DNA of 51,522 bases, from contig JBECKW010000034.1 of NCBI GenBank assembly GCA_040235505.1, forward strand, positions 1 through 51,522, read 5' to 3'. A program made the translations under genes and the position numbers. Origin of the DNA: Desulfobacterales bacterium. GTDB lineage: Bacteria > Desulfobacterota > Desulfobacteria > Desulfobacterales > JAFDDL01. Positions 27,926 to 38,937 of the stretch are shown here, piece by piece (the first letter of the stretch is position 1; each line of letters opens with the position of its first letter). Below the pieces are notes generated by a model, which was given only the letters and a program-made list of their open reading frames with translations, had not been told where the DNA came from and ran no database searches.

Positions 27926-28693
27926 CTAATAACCCATATCGGAAAGCTCCTGTTTTGCTTCCTTTGCAATTTCACTGTCAGGCGCAAGCGTTATTACCTG
28001 CCCGTACTCATTTTTTGCCTTGCTCTTATCCCCCAGCAGCCGGTATGTTTCGGCCAGATCGAAATGCACCTCGGCCCGTGCAGGAGCGGCCTTCATGGCC
28101 TGTTCAAAATACCCGGACGCTTTCTTTACCTCCCCCATGGCGAGATAGGTCTTGCCGAGTCCATACAGGGCGTTTACAAACCCCGGTTCCGTTTTCAGCG
28201 CCTCCTGGTAATACTTCTCCGCTTCGGCGTAGTCTTTTTTTTCGTAATAAGCCTTTCCAAGGTTGGCTAAAGGATATTGCGGGGTGACATACAACAGGTC
28301 CGTTGTCAGCATCTTGAAGTTCTCGATGGCGGAATTCCAGTCCTTCATGGCAAGATAGGCCGCCCCCAGGTTGTTTCTCGCCACGGCATAATCCGGCTTG
28401 ATTTCCAGGGCTTTCTTGAAATAAAGAACGGCCGATTGCAGATCGTTTTTGGCCATGTAGGCAATTCCGAGATCCTGCTCCAGGATGTAGTCATCGGAAA
28501 CGAGCTTTTCCGCTTTGAGAAATTGGGATAGCGCCGATGTATAATTCTGCTCCCCCAAATAGGCTTCTCCAAGCTTCCGGTAAGCATCCGCCTGGTCCTG
28601 GTTCCGGATCTTGGCATCACTGCCGCCCGTGGCGCAACCGATCATAAAGCAAAAAAAAGCGATAAGAAAAAAATAAATGGATTTTTGTTTCAT
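27926..28693 (-). CDS. TPR lipoprotein, PilF/PilW/Tgl pilotin-like
   Basis: Lipobox MIGC, about 6 TPRs (ARNNLGAAYL, LYVTPQYPLANLG), next to pilQ. GGGAG RBS before ATG 28693. Confidence 0.8.
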   Translation of the reverse strand: MKQKSIYFFLIAFFCFMIGCATGGSDAKIRNQDQADAYRKLGEAYLGEQNYTSALSQFLKAEKLVSDDYILEQDLGIAYMAKNDLQSAVLYFKKALEIKPDYAVARNNLGAAYLAMKDWNSAIENFKMLTTDLLYVTPQYPLANLGKAYYEKKDYAEAEKYYQEALKTEPGFVNALYGLGKTYLAMGEVKKASGYFEQAMKAAPARAEVHFDLAETYRLLGDKSKAKNEYGQVITLAPDSEIAKEAKQELSDMGY

Positions 28694-28739
28694 ATAAATA
28701 CTCCCTCGGCTTTTGGGCTTATGTTCAAACAAACTACAG

Positions 28740-30527
28740 TCAACCACTTGTCAGATTCGATAGGATCACCACGTCAATCCCTTTTTTTATAAAGAACCGG
28801 GCGAGGTCGTCAGGAACCGGAATGGTTGCAAGCAGCACTTGAGAGCTTTTGTCTTTTTTGGCCAGGAATCCGGGCAGGGTAATCGTGATATTATCGGATC
28901 CGGACCACCGGGCCGCTGAAAAGGAGGGGGTCTTTTCGCAGATTATGCCGGCGGCGTTCAAAAGTTCCGGAATAAAGGCCTTCACGTCTCCGGTTGTCGG
29001 CACCTGAATTATCTGGAAGCCCGCTTTTTCGATGGTTTTCACCGCGTCCCCCTGAAGATCCCCGAAATCCACCAGCACCAGAAGTCCGTCGGATCTGTTC
29101 AGTGCGTTGGTGACCGCTTGAATCTGGATGCCGGCATATGCAAAAGATACGGTAACATTCTGCTGAAAGGTCACGCCGAGGACACCCAGAAGATTTCGAA
29201 CAAACGTCTTTCGGTCCATGGAAACGTCCAGTGCCGGTATTTGTCCATAGGAAACAGAGGGTTCGGGAACGGTGGCGGAAGCACCTGAAGTGTCCGACAG
29301 GACCACTTCTTTAATGACAACCCGAAACTTCTTCAAATAATCGACCATGGATCGGGACAGTTTTTCACTGTCCCCTTTGACGGTGGAGATTGATAGAATT
29401 CCGTCCCGATTTGGCTGGTCAAGCATCCACCGGGACTGAATACTTACTTGGATACCGTCGTCGTCGTAAACACGCTTCCCCGAAATCGTCCCACCCACAA
29501 GGCTGCCGACAACGGAATCCAGAATCTGGGACAGGGAGGCGTTTTCGGGAAGTTGCGCCACCACCAGATTTTTCCAGTATGACTTCAGGACCGACAGGCC
29601 TTCATCGGTCAGCCTTTTCTTTCCACCGGGGGTGGTGATCAAAACCCTGGCACCGTCCCCGGTTTCAAGAATGGGGAATGCGGTCAGATCGAGCTGAAGA
29701 TCGCTCCGGCCGGGGCGCGGAAAATAATAGGTTCCTTTCCGATAGAGTTTGGCGTCCAGTATCCGGGCTGCCTCTGTCAGGGGAGCGTTCGTTTCCGCCG
29801 CGACCGTTGTGGCCGTTTCTTCTCCGGAGGTCTTGTTTTCTTTGTTTTCGGCTGCTTCCGCCGGACGGCTCTGGACAACATTCCCGTTGGCATCAAACAG
29901 CGATTCATACCAGAGTTCGTTTTGAAGAGATTTCTTCGGCACCCAGAGCTGCTGTCCCACAAGAATCAGATTCACATTTTCGATCTGGGGGTTCATGGCT
30001 TTGAAGATGCTGAGCCCCTCATTATATGCCTCTGTTCCATATCGGCCGAAGTGGGCGGTCAGAAGTTCTGAAACCGTATCCCCCCGCTTCACTTCATATT
30101 CATCGGAGTGCTCTTTTAAAATGTCGTCGATTTCCGTGCTCGTCACAAACGGAATCGTCACAACGCCGAAATCCTGATCCGGAACGCTTTCCGGAGCAAG
30201 TTTTTTTAAGGGGATAAAAATTTGCTGGCCGGGCAGAATTTTATCAATGTTTTGAACCTGGGGATTGATCGTCTTGAAGATTTTCAGAAAATCCGGAAAA
30301 TCGGTGTTGGAGATTTCCCCCCGCTGCCGAAATATTTTCAGCACATAATCATCTTTCTGAACAATATAGGAGTCACACAGAATATCCTGATTCTCTGCTC
30401 TTTTGACGATATAGCTCTTATATAAGAAAGCCGCCCGGGCGGAAACGGAAAGCAGGCTGAAGGCAAGAACCAGAAGTATACCGCAAAATCCGATACCCGA
30501 CCAGCGTGCCGTCAGCTTCATATGCAT
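28740..30527 (-). CDS. Exported protein with two LysM peptidoglycan-binding domains and an unknown C-terminal region
   Basis: Signal/TM segment. LysM1 YIVQKDD...NPQVQNIDKILPGQQIFIP, LysM2 YEVKRGDTVSELL...NPQIENVNLILVGQQLWVP. Confidence 0.8.
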   Translation of the reverse strand: MHMKLTARWSGIGFCGILLVLAFSLLSVSARAAFLYKSYIVKRAENQDILCDSYIVQKDDYVLKIFRQRGEISNTDFPDFLKIFKTINPQVQNIDKILPGQQIFIPLKKLAPESVPDQDFGVVTIPFVTSTEIDDILKEHSDEYEVKRGDTVSELLTAHFGRYGTEAYNEGLSIFKAMNPQIENVNLILVGQQLWVPKKSLQNELWYESLFDANGNVVQSRPAEAAENKENKTSGEETATTVAAETNAPLTEAARILDAKLYRKGTYYFPRPGRSDLQLDLTAFPILETGDGARVLITTPGGKKRLTDEGLSVLKSYWKNLVVAQLPENASLSQILDSVVGSLVGGTISGKRVYDDDGIQVSIQSRWMLDQPNRDGILSISTVKGDSEKLSRSMVDYLKKFRVVIKEVVLSDTSGASATVPEPSVSYGQIPALDVSMDRKTFVRNLLGVLGVTFQQNVTVSFAYAGIQIQAVTNALNRSDGLLVLVDFGDLQGDAVKTIEKAGFQIIQVPTTGDVKAFIPELLNAAGIICEKTPSFSAARWSGSDNITITLPGFLAKKDKSSQVLLATIPVPDDLARFFIKKGIDVVILSNLTSG

Positions 30528-32029
30528 TATCCTTTTAAGAGGTTTAGCGCGGCTGCAACCTCTTCTGCAGTTCGTTTGACAAACCGTTCGAAGGCCTCCC
30601 CTTCAAGCGGTTTTCCGGGGCCGGGCAATGCCTCGAGGTCTTTGGGTGCCACAAGCTCCGGCCGGTTGGAAAGCGCCGGGTCCGGGAGGATGTTGTACTC
30701 CGGCGGAAAATTTCCCTGGAAATACATGTCCGTAAAACCCGAAAACTTCAGGGCATGGGCCGTTGAATCAATCACCGCCACATCATCTTTCCCGATGATC
30801 CCGAGGCCTTCGGCCCGCACAAGCCCCGCCAGGGACTCGCCGCCATGGGTGCAGGCGATATGCCCGTTTCGATTGGCCAGAAGCTCCCAGTCCATAATTT
30901 CCTGCTCCCGCACCTGCACCACAAACACCCGCTGCTCGCCGGCAAGTTCATTATACTGGTTTGCCAGGTGAACCACCCGGGGCATGGAGACGGGATTGCC
31001 GATCATGGCCGCCTGTGCCACGCTGGGCTTGACGGTGACCGGTGCGAACTTCCGCCGGGCCGGGTCCGGTTCACTGTAGTAGCGAAACACCGGATCGGCA
31101 TGCTCGGACTGGACCCCGACGATTTTCGGCAGGGTGGAAATAATGCCCGCCTTGAAAAATTTCAGAAAACCGTTCATGACCGCCGTGATATTGCCCGCGT
31201 TTCCGATGGGAAGGAATACAGCCTTCCGCTGCATGTCGTATTCGAAGTCCTGGGCAATCTCGTAGGAGTAAGATTCCTGGCCCAGAATGCGCCAGGCATT
31301 CTTGGAATTGAGCAGCGCCACCGGCCAGGATTCGGAAAGCGCCTCCACCACCTTCATGCAATCGTCAAAGACGCCGGGAATTTCAAATACTCGTGCGCCA
31401 CTGCCAAGGGGCTGTGAAAGCTGCTGGGGGGTTACCTTTTTGTGGGGAAGCAATACCGCGGATTTCACCCGGGGCTGGAGATATGAGGCATATAGCGCTG
31501 CGGCGGCGGATGTATCCCCCGTTGAAGCACACACGGCCAGCACACTCTTGAGCGCGCCCGTATCAAGAAGATACCGGATATAGCTCAGGGCGCTTGCCAT
31601 ACCCCGGTCCTTGAAGGATGCACTCGGATTCTGACCGTCGTTCTTGAAAAAAAACCGGCACCCCGCCTTTTCCTGGAGAAAACCGTTGGCCTCGATCATC
31701 GGCGTGTGGCCTTCCCCGAGATAGAGAATGCTTTCAAGGGGCATCACGGGGCCGATGAATTCATGGTAGCGATAAATCCCCCGAAGGGCCGGAAGGGTCA
31801 GCATTTTCCGGTAATCGAAAATCCGCCGCCACATCTCGCCTGAAGTTTCCGTCAGACGCTTGAAGTTCTCGTCTTCGAGCATCAGCACCTGGCCGCAATC
31901 CGGGCAGGTATAGAGGAGAGCGTTTATCCCGAACACGTGACCGCAGCCGAGACAATGATATTTCAGGTCCCCCGCCGGGGCGGGAATCAAATACGGCTGA
32001 ATCTCGTTTGGAAAATCTTCTATCTTCAC
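30527..32029 (-). CDS. thrC: Threonine synthase with an N-terminal zinc-ribbon
   Basis: [17 protein letters not shown] (PLP lysine), [18 protein letters not shown] start overlaps the serS stop (GTGA). Confidence 0.93.
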   Translation of the reverse strand: MKIEDFPNEIQPYLIPAPAGDLKYHCLGCGHVFGINALLYTCPDCGQVLMLEDENFKRLTETSGEMWRRIFDYRKMLTLPALRGIYRYHEFIGPVMPLESILYLGEGHTPMIEANGFLQEKAGCRFFFKNDGQNPSASFKDRGMASALSYIRYLLDTGALKSVLAVCASTGDTSAAAALYASYLQPRVKSAVLLPHKKVTPQQLSQPLGSGARVFEIPGVFDDCMKVVEALSESWPVALLNSKNAWRILGQESYSYEIAQDFEYDMQRKAVFLPIGNAGNITAVMNGFLKFFKAGIISTLPKIVGVQSEHADPVFRYYSEPDPARRKFAPVTVKPSVAQAAMIGNPVSMPRVVHLANQYNELAGEQRVFVVQVREQEIMDWELLANRNGHIACTHGGESLAGLVRAEGLGIIGKDDVAVIDSTAHALKFSGFTDMYFQGNFPPEYNILPDPALSNRPELVAPKDLEALPGPGKPLEGEAFERFVKRTAEEVAAALNLLKG

Positions 32030-33300
32030 GGTGCAATCGTCTCCAGACCGCCCATATAGAGCCTCAGTGCCTCGGGCACACGGACGGTGCCGTCGGCCTG
32101 CTGGCAATTTTCAAGAATCGCCGCCACGGTTCTTCCCACGGCCAGCCCGGAGCCGTTCAGGGTATGAACGAAAGATGTGCCTTTCTTTCCCTTCTGCCGA
32201 TACCGGATATTTCCCCGCCGGGCCTGGAAGTCTTCAAAATTGCTGCAGGAAGAAATTTCCCGATAAACACCCTGGGCAGGCATCCAAACCTCTATATCGT
32301 AGGTTTTGGCTGCGGAGAATCCCAGATCCCCGGTGCACAACGTGATCACCCGATAGGGCAGTCCCAGTCGTTTGAGGATACTTTCGGCGTTGGCGGTCAG
32401 TTTTTCAAGTTCATCGTAAGAATTTTCAGGAACGACGAATTTAACGAGCTCCACCTTGTTGAACTGGTGCTGCCGGATCAGCCCCCGGGTATCCTTTCCG
32501 TAAGACCCGGCCTCGGACCGAAAACAGGGGGTATAGGGCGTGTAGTAAATGGGGAGCGCCTCTTCTTCCAGGATTTCGCCCTGGTGGATGTTGGTGACCG
32601 GCACTTCCGCCGTGGGAATGAGAAAATGATCCCACCCCTCGATCTTGAAGAGATCCTCCGCAAACTTCGGAAGCTGTCCCGTGCTGGTCATGGCGGTCCG
32701 GTTGACCATGAAAGGCGGCAGTACTTCCTTATACCCGCCCTCGGTGGTATGGATATCAAGCATAAAATTAATCAGCGCCCGTTCCAGACGCGCACCGGCA
32801 CCCAGGTACAGGGGAAACCTCGCCCCGGCAAGCTTTGAAGCCCGCTCGAAATCGAGAATGCCGAGCTTTTCTCCCAGATCCCAATGGGCTTGTGGCTCGA
32901 AGCCGAAGACCGGCGGCTCCCCCACCTTACGAACCGGTACATTGTCGGTCTCATCCTTTCCCACCGGAACCGATGCATGCGGTATATTGGGAATTCCCAG
33001 AAGAATCTCCCGGATGGTATCGTCCAGCTCCCCAAGAATTTTATCCTTTTCCTTGATGGTGGCCGATACTTCCCGCATATCCGCCATGATGGCGGCGGCA
33101 TCCTCCCCGGCCTTTTTCATGGCGCCGATCTTGTCGGATACCGTGTTTCTGCGATGTCGAAGCGCTTCTATTTCCTGCAGCATTGCCAGGCGCTCGGCAT
33201 CGACCGCCTTGAGGCGCGTCAGATCCGCCGCTGCCCCCCTGGCTTCCAGGGTCATTTCGACTTTGGAAAAGTTATCCCGAACGTATTTGATATCCAGCAT
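32026..33300 (-). CDS. serS: Serine--tRNA ligase
   Basis: [61 protein letters not shown]. Confidence 0.99.
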   Translation of the reverse strand: MLDIKYVRDNFSKVEMTLEARGAAADLTRLKAVDAERLAMLQEIEALRHRRNTVSDKIGAMKKAGEDAAAIMADMREVSATIKEKDKILGELDDTIREILLGIPNIPHASVPVGKDETDNVPVRKVGEPPVFGFEPQAHWDLGEKLGILDFERASKLAGARFPLYLGAGARLERALINFMLDIHTTEGGYKEVLPPFMVNRTAMTSTGQLPKFAEDLFKIEGWDHFLIPTAEVPVTNIHQGEILEEEALPIYYTPYTPCFRSEAGSYGKDTRGLIRQHQFNKVELVKFVVPENSYDELEKLTANAESILKRLGLPYRVITLCTGDLGFSAAKTYDIEVWMPAQGVYREISSCSNFEDFQARRGNIRYRQKGKKGTSFVHTLNGSGLAVGRTVAAILENCQQADGTVRVPEALRLYMGGLETIAP

Positions 33301-33511
33301 CGTTATATCCTATTTGAAAAATTGTTTTTTTTTAAAAGGATCTACCATTTGAGGGTCGCTTCGTCAATGGCTCCGGTGGATTTGAAGCTAATTTTCATTT
33401 AACTTCAATGCGTTGAAAAAAATCTTTTGTTCCGGGCATCTTGATTTTGCGCCCCTTTTTCACTAAGAAAAACATGAGGTCGGAGAAAGTCAGTTTAAAT
33501 AAATATAAACC

Positions 33512-33591
33512 TCACGCAAAGACGCAACGCCCGAAAAGTTAACTGCCTAAATAAAAGCGCTTTTCTTTGCGTCCTTGGCGGCTTTGCGTGA
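33512..33591. repeat. Degenerate palindromic element built from CGCAAAG-type units
   Basis: TCACGCAAAGACGCAACG... is mirrored by ...CTTTGCGTCCTTGGCGGCTTTGCGTGA. Confidence 0.8.
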
Positions 33592-33662
33592 CAATTTGTT
33601 TTTTTTGGGAAACTGCCGGAGGGTATGTTGAAGTGATGGAGATAGAAACCGGGGAGAAGGGG

Positions 33663-34346
33663 ATGCATCGTGAAGACTGTACAGGTGTCATCCTGGCGGG
33701 CGGCCTGAATCTGCGATTCGGCGGCAGAAATAAAGCGCTCGCGAAAATCGGGGGGCAGACCATTTTAGAAAGAATCCTTTCGGCATTCGAAGGTCTCTTT
33801 CCGGAAACCATGGTGGTGTCCAACTCGCCCCTTGACTTCCTTGCCTCCAACAGCCTGATCGTAACGGATATCGTTTCAATCCGCACCCCCCTTGCAGGTC
33901 TTCATGCCGCCCTGAGCTACGCACAAACGCCATACATTTTCACTGTCGCCTGTGACACGCCGTTTCTGAAAACCGCGATGATCGCGAGGATTCTGACACA
34001 AATCGATACCAAATGCGACATCGTGGTGCCGGATACCTATGCCGGCCTGCAGCCCCTGTGCGCCGTCTATGCCAAAACCTGCCTTCCGCTCATCGAAAAA
34101 CAACTGCGCCTGGTGCCCGAAGCAGCCCCGCCTGAGGCAACCCCAGGGGGCGTCAATGGCCGTTCCAATCGGATTTTAAACCAGGGGCTTAAAATTTTAA
34201 ATATCTACGACAAGGTCCGGGTTAAAAAAATCCCTGAAAAAACCCTTCGCCCGGTCGATCCGGACCTATTGTCCTTTTTCAATATCAACACTCCTGAGGA
34301 TTTTGCCCGGGCAGAGCAAATCCTCCTGGAAAAGATCGAACCGTAG
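33663..34346 (+). CDS. mobA: Molybdenum cofactor guanylyltransferase
   Basis: GVILAGG, RFGGRNKAL, PLAGLHAAL, VACDTPF, QPLCAVY, FFNINTPED. Confidence 0.9.
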   Translation: MHREDCTGVILAGGLNLRFGGRNKALAKIGGQTILERILSAFEGLFPETMVVSNSPLDFLASNSLIVTDIVSIRTPLAGLHAALSYAQTPYIFTVACDTPFLKTAMIARILTQIDTKCDIVVPDTYAGLQPLCAVYAKTCLPLIEKQLRLVPEAAPPEATPGGVNGRSNRILNQGLKILNIYDKVRVKKIPEKTLRPVDPDLLSFFNINTPEDFARAEQILLEKIEP

Positions 34347-34356
34347 AGGCAGATTC

Positions 34357-34836
34357 ATGACCGATTTCACTCACCTCGATGACCAGGGTCGCGTCCGCAT
34401 GGTGGACGTTTCAGACAAACCCGCCACGCTTCGCACCGCAACAGCCCGGGGAAAAATATTCATGTCCCCGGAAACATTTGAAAAGATCAGAACCCAGACG
34501 GTGAAAAAAGGGAATGTCCTGGAAACTGCCAGGATTGCCGGGGTGTTGGCCGCAAAAAAAACCGCCGACCTGATTCCCATGTGCCACCCCCTGAACATCA
34601 CCCATGCCGCCTTAGATTTTTTCCCCGAAGAACCCGACCATGCCTATCGGATTGAAGCCGTCGTCCGGCTTTCCGGGCAGACAGGGGTTGAAATGGAGGC
34701 CCTGACGGCGGTGTCCGTTGCCGCCCTGACCATCTATGACATGTGCAAATCCTACGACCGGACCATGACCATCAGTGATATCCAGTTGGTGGAGAAATCC
34801 GGGGGAAAGAGCGGGCGGTTTGTGAGGGAAAGATAA
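34357..34836 (+). CDS. moaC: Cyclic pyranopterin monophosphate synthase
   Basis: FTHLDDQGRVRMVDVS, AAKKTADLIPMCHPL, TGVEMEALT, TIYDMCKS, KSGGKSG. Confidence 0.98.
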   Translation: MTDFTHLDDQGRVRMVDVSDKPATLRTATARGKIFMSPETFEKIRTQTVKKGNVLETARIAGVLAAKKTADLIPMCHPLNITHAALDFFPEEPDHAYRIEAVVRLSGQTGVEMEALTAVSVAALTIYDMCKSYDRTMTISDIQLVEKSGGKSGRFVRER

Positions 34837-34843
34837 ACATATG

Positions 34844-34993
34844 GAGTGCCTTGAGTGCCCTTGAGTGCCCTTGAGTGCCTTGAGTTATGGAATTCTGCCG
34901 ATTTGATAAACATCAAGAGATCTAAAGGCAAGCCCTTATAAAACCGATAGAATACCTTAACTCAAGGCACTCAAGTGAACTCTGTGAACTCTA
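34844..34993. repeat. Palindromic element with four tandem TTGAGTGCC(C) units
   Basis: Tandem 9-10 nt units at 34844-34886. IR 34871-34909 / 34936-34974 matches at 33/39. Confidence 0.9.
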
Positions 34994-35015
34994 TAATTTT
35001 TACCTGGGATATTTC

Positions 35016-36239
35016 ATGCGACCATCAATGAACCCTTCAAAGCTGCTGATTCTTTGCCTCCTCCTGCTCCTCCAGGCATGCGGCCCGGTCCAGGCACCGC
35101 AACCAAAACTCGAACCGCAGCCCGAGGCCGAAACCGGCGTCATGATAAAGCTCCGGCCTGATCAATATCCGGTTTTTACCGATGATATGGGCTACGACGG
35201 GCTTTCCCGGGCCATTGAAAAAAGTCTGGCGTATCTCGAGAAACTGCCCGAGGACCGGATGTTTACGTTTGGCAGCGAACAGGTTTCAAGGTTCCGAATG
35301 ATTGCCTCCCTGAAGCAGTTCCTTGCGTTCGTGTCCACAAATCCGACCGGCGATGCCCTCCAAGAGTTTCTCACAGCCCACTACCGGATCTACCGGTCCA
35401 GGGGAAGCGACGATACCGGGAGGGTTCTTTTTACGGGATACTACGAACCGCTTCTTTCCGGCAGCCTGACCCAGTCGAAAAAATACCCCTATCCCATCTA
35501 CGGACGACCCGACGATCTGGTGTCCGTGGATCTTTCCCTGTTTTCCAAGGAATATAAGCAAAAACGTATCATCGGTCGTCTCTCCTCCCATACCCTGGTG
35601 CCCTACTATGACCGAAAAGCCATCGACTTCGACGGGGCACTCAATGGAAAGGCCGTTCCCATCGCCTGGGTTGGAGATGCGGTGGACCTGTTCTTTCTTC
35701 AAGTCCAGGGTTCCGGCAAGATCAGCCTGGAAAACGGCGGGGTCATCAACGTGCACTATGATACCTCCAACGGCCTTCCCTATAAAAGCATCGGTAAAAA
35801 ACTGATCGAAAGCGGTAAAATTCCCAAAGAAGAAATGTCTTTGCAGGCCATCCGGGAGTATTTAAAAATCCACCCGGAAGAGATGGAAGATATCTTAAGC
35901 GCCAACCCGAGCTATATTTTTTTTAAAACGGAAAACGGCGGTCCCTTCGGTTGCCTGGGAGAAGAACTGACCAGCGGAAGGTCCCTTGCCCTGGATAAAA
36001 CCATTTTTCCCATGGCGGGCCTCTCCTTCATTCAAACGAAAAAACCGGTGATCGACGGTGACGGCAACATCCAAGAGTGGGACGATTGCTCACGGTTTGT
36101 GCTCGACCAGGACACCGGTGGCGCTATTCAAGGGCCGGGCCGGGCCGACCTCTTCTGGGGAGACGGGCGCTATGCAGAGATCGCCGCCGGCCACTTGAAA
36201 CATGAGGGGAATCTTTATTTTCTGGTGCTGAATCCCTAG
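35016..36239 (+). CDS. mltA: Membrane-bound lytic murein transglycosylase A (lipoprotein)
   Basis: Lipobox LQAC, FTGYYEP, FFLQVQGSG, NPSYIFF, QDTGGAIQG, RADLFWG. Confidence 0.93.
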   Translation: MRPSMNPSKLLILCLLLLLQACGPVQAPQPKLEPQPEAETGVMIKLRPDQYPVFTDDMGYDGLSRAIEKSLAYLEKLPEDRMFTFGSEQVSRFRMIASLKQFLAFVSTNPTGDALQEFLTAHYRIYRSRGSDDTGRVLFTGYYEPLLSGSLTQSKKYPYPIYGRPDDLVSVDLSLFSKEYKQKRIIGRLSSHTLVPYYDRKAIDFDGALNGKAVPIAWVGDAVDLFFLQVQGSGKISLENGGVINVHYDTSNGLPYKSIGKKLIESGKIPKEEMSLQAIREYLKIHPEEMEDILSANPSYIFFKTENGGPFGCLGEELTSGRSLALDKTIFPMAGLSFIQTKKPVIDGDGNIQEWDDCSRFVLDQDTGGAIQGPGRADLFWGDGRYAEIAAGHLKHEGNLYFLVLNP

Positions 36240-36241
36240 AA

Positions 36242-37180
36242 TCAGATACCGTCGTCGAATGCCTTCCGGTATCGCGCCCAAAAATCCTCCACTGTAAAGG
36301 AATGCTCCTGGGTGCCCTGGCGGGTGATCGCAAAGCTCGCACAGACGGCGCCCATACGGGCGGCATCGGCAAGGGTTTTTCCTTCCGCCATTCCCTTGAT
36401 CAACCCTGCACGGTAGGCATCCCCGGCCCCTGTAGGATCCACCACCGGCGCATCGGTGACCACCGCCGGAATTAGAAATTCTTTTTCCGGTGTGCATACC
36501 TTGGAGCCTTTTTCTCCCAGGGTGGTGATAAGAACCGGTGTCCGCCGGAGTATTTCCTTTCGGCCAAGACCCGTTTTATTTTGAATGAGTTCGAGCTCAT
36601 AGTCATTTGAAATAAGCATGCTGGCCCCGGTAATCATCTCCGTAATCTGCCCCCCGGTGAGAGCGGGAATGGACTGGCCGGGATCGAAAATATAGGGGAT
36701 CTCCCGGGTTTTGAATTCCCGGCTGTAAACATTCATATCTTCGATACAGCCCGGAGAAATGATGGCAAGCACCCGGTCCTTTCCGGTGCCGTCAAACACA
36801 TAGCGGGAAGGATACTTCATGGCGCCGAGGTTGAAACCGGTAATCTGGTTATCCGACATATCGGTGGTAATGTAAGCACCTGCGGTGAATTCTTCCGAAA
36901 GAATTCGAATCCCCTCCAGTGGCAGGCCGTTTTTTTTGAGCCAGGCATCGTAACGGTCAAAATCCTTACCCGCCGTCGCCACGATCACAGGCGCCTCCCC
37001 CAGAAGTCCGAGGCTGTATGCGATATTTCCGGCAGTACCGCCGAATCTTTCCACAAGCCCGTTTACGTTGAAGCTGACATTTAAAATATGAATCTTGTCC
37101 GGCAGAATGTGGTCCGAAAATTTCCCGGGGAAATCCATGATTCGATCATATGCCAATGATCCGGAAATATATATCTGCAT
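36242..37180 (-). CDS. PfkB-family carbohydrate/nucleoside kinase (adenosine kinase-like)
   Basis: GSLAYDRIM, FGGTAGNIAY, FDPGQ, NDYE, DPTGAGDAYRAG. Confidence 0.9.
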   Translation of the reverse strand: MQIYISGSLAYDRIMDFPGKFSDHILPDKIHILNVSFNVNGLVERFGGTAGNIAYSLGLLGEAPVIVATAGKDFDRYDAWLKKNGLPLEGIRILSEEFTAGAYITTDMSDNQITGFNLGAMKYPSRYVFDGTGKDRVLAIISPGCIEDMNVYSREFKTREIPYIFDPGQSIPALTGGQITEMITGASMLISNDYELELIQNKTGLGRKEILRRTPVLITTLGEKGSKVCTPEKEFLIPAVVTDAPVVDPTGAGDAYRAGLIKGMAEGKTLADAARMGAVCASFAITRQGTQEHSFTVEDFWARYRKAFDDGI

Positions 37181-37188
37181 GAAACCTC

Positions 37189-37410
37189 CTATCGTCGCTT
37201 ATAGAAAATCAGTTCCCAGACCCATGTCCGGGGATCATGCCGGAGGATATAGCATGCCCCGTCATCCCCCGCCACCTTGAAATACCGATGATCCGGCGCC
37301 AGCCATCGGTCTTCCACGGCTTTTACTTCAACAGCCCGCTCTCCCAGCCAGAACCGTATCGGGGTTTCCTCCCCGCGGAATCCGGCATAGCATGATACTC
37401 GAATTTCCAT
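37189..37410 (-). CDS. Small conserved hypothetical beta-rich protein
   Basis: 73 aa, GEETPIRF...EVKAVEDRW...RYFKV...YILRHD...WEL. Ends 8 nt before the kinase start. Confidence 0.65.
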   Translation of the reverse strand: MEIRVSCYAGFRGEETPIRFWLGERAVEVKAVEDRWLAPDHRYFKVAGDDGACYILRHDPRTWVWELIFYKRR

Positions 37411-37584
37411 AACTTGAAAATCCCTCGTCTTTTTTCACATCATAGGGCCGGCCGTTCGAATGTCAATGGATTTTGCGGACTCCGTATTTATCAATGCGAC
37501 AAGATATGCTATCTGTTTCGTGGTCTTTTCATTTTTCTACTATAAACCGTCAGACATCCTTTCATTGGAAAGAGGAGAGGCATC

Positions 37585-38937
37585 GTGCTTCAATCGGGCA
37601 TTTTCCGCGAGTATGATATTCGAGGGGTTGCAGGAACGGACATGGATGAGGATGGCGTCCGGAATATCGGCAAGGGCATCGGCTCCTACCTGAAGCGCCG
37701 GGGTTGCACCCGGATCACGGTGGGACGGGACTGCAGGCTCACCTCGGACGTTTACGGCCGGCGGATCATCGAGGGGTTGGTTTCCACGGGCTGTCATGTC
37801 ACCGATATCGGTATCTGCACCACCCCCATGAGCTACTTTTCCATCCGGCATTTGAAAAAAGAAGGCTCGGTCATGGTGACGGCCAGCCACAATCCCCCGG
37901 AATACAACGGCTTCAAGGTCTGTCTCGGTATCGATTCGGTCTTTGGCGAAGAGCTTCAGAAGATCCGAAGGATCATTGCCGAAGGCCGCTTTGAAACCGG
38001 AGAGGGGGGCACGGCCCTGCATGACATCCGGCCCGATTATATTGACTTCATCACCGGCGGCATCACCCTGGCCCGGCCTCTCCGGGTGGGTGTGGACGCG
38101 GGAAACGGTACGGCGGGCCCCATTGCTGTGCCCATTTTCAAAAAGCTGGAATGCAAGGTATCTGATCTTTACTGCGAGATGGACGGCCGTTTTCCGAACC
38201 ACGAAGCGGATCCCACGGTCATTAAAAACATGTCGGATCTCGTGTCCCTGGTCCGGGAGCAAAAGCTGGACGTGGGGATCGGATTTGACGGGGACGGAGA
38301 CCGGATCGGCGTCGTGGATCACCAGGGGAATCTTGTTTTCGGAGACAAACTCATGATCATTTTTGCCCGGGAGATCCTTTCCCGGAAACCAGGGGCTGTT
38401 TTCATCTCCGAAGTCAAATGCTCCAAAACCATGTATGACGACATCGAGCGCCATGGGGGCCGGGCCATCATGTGGAAAACTGGACACTCCCTGATCAAGC
38501 AGAAAATGAAAGCCGAAAAGGCGGATCTGGCCGGTGAAATGAGCGGTCACATGTTTTTCAGCGACCGGTATCTGGGCTACGATGACGCCATATATGCCGC
38601 CTGCCGGCTTCTGGAAATTCTTGCGGCCACGGGAAAAACCATCCCGGAACTTCTCTCGGGAGTTCCGAAGACCTGTTCGACCCCCGAGATCCGTGTGGAT
38701 TGTCCGGATGAGATCAAGTTCGACGTGGTGGCAAAAGTGACGGACTATTTCCGGCAGCGGGAAAAGGTCATCGATATCGACGGGGTCCGGGTCCTTTTCG
38801 ATGATGGCTGGGGCCTGGTCCGGGCCTCCAACACCCAACCGGCCCTGGTGCTTCGCTTTGAAGCCATGAGCGAAGAGCGGCTGAACGAGCTCCGGCATCT
38901 CGTGGAATCGGTCTTGGCCAACATCGTAGAGACGTAG
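37585..38937 (+). CDS. Phosphomannomutase/phosphoglucomutase (AlgC-like)
   Basis: IFREYDIRG, TASHNP (phospho-Ser), FDGDGDR, GEMSGH, VRASNTQP. AGGAG RBS, GTG start. Confidence 0.96.
   Translation: MLQSGIFREYDIRGVAGTDMDEDGVRNIGKGIGSYLKRRGCTRITVGRDCRLTSDVYGRRIIEGLVSTGCHVTDIGICTTPMSYFSIRHLKKEGSVMVTASHNPPEYNGFKVCLGIDSVFGEELQKIRRIIAEGRFETGEGGTALHDIRPDYIDFITGGITLARPLRVGVDAGNGTAGPIAVPIFKKLECKVSDLYCEMDGRFPNHEADPTVIKNMSDLVSLVREQKLDVGIGFDGDGDRIGVVDHQGNLVFGDKLMIIFAREILSRKPGAVFISEVKCSKTMYDDIERHGGRAIMWKTGHSLIKQKMKAEKADLAGEMSGHMFFSDRYLGYDDAIYAACRLLEILAATGKTIPELLSGVPKTCSTPEIRVDCPDEIKFDVVAKVTDYFRQREKVIDIDGVRVLFDDGWGLVRASNTQPALVLRFEAMSEERLNELRHLVESVLANIVET

Noticed and set aside
32030-32107. Longer thrC start at 32107 from the ORF track
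   Set aside because: It lies inside serS. The GTG at 32029 overlapping the serS stop is the more plausible start.
34844-34886. Tandem repeats considered as a CRISPR or guide-RNA array
   Set aside because: Units are 9-10 nt and directly adjacent with no unique spacers, and no cas-like genes are present.
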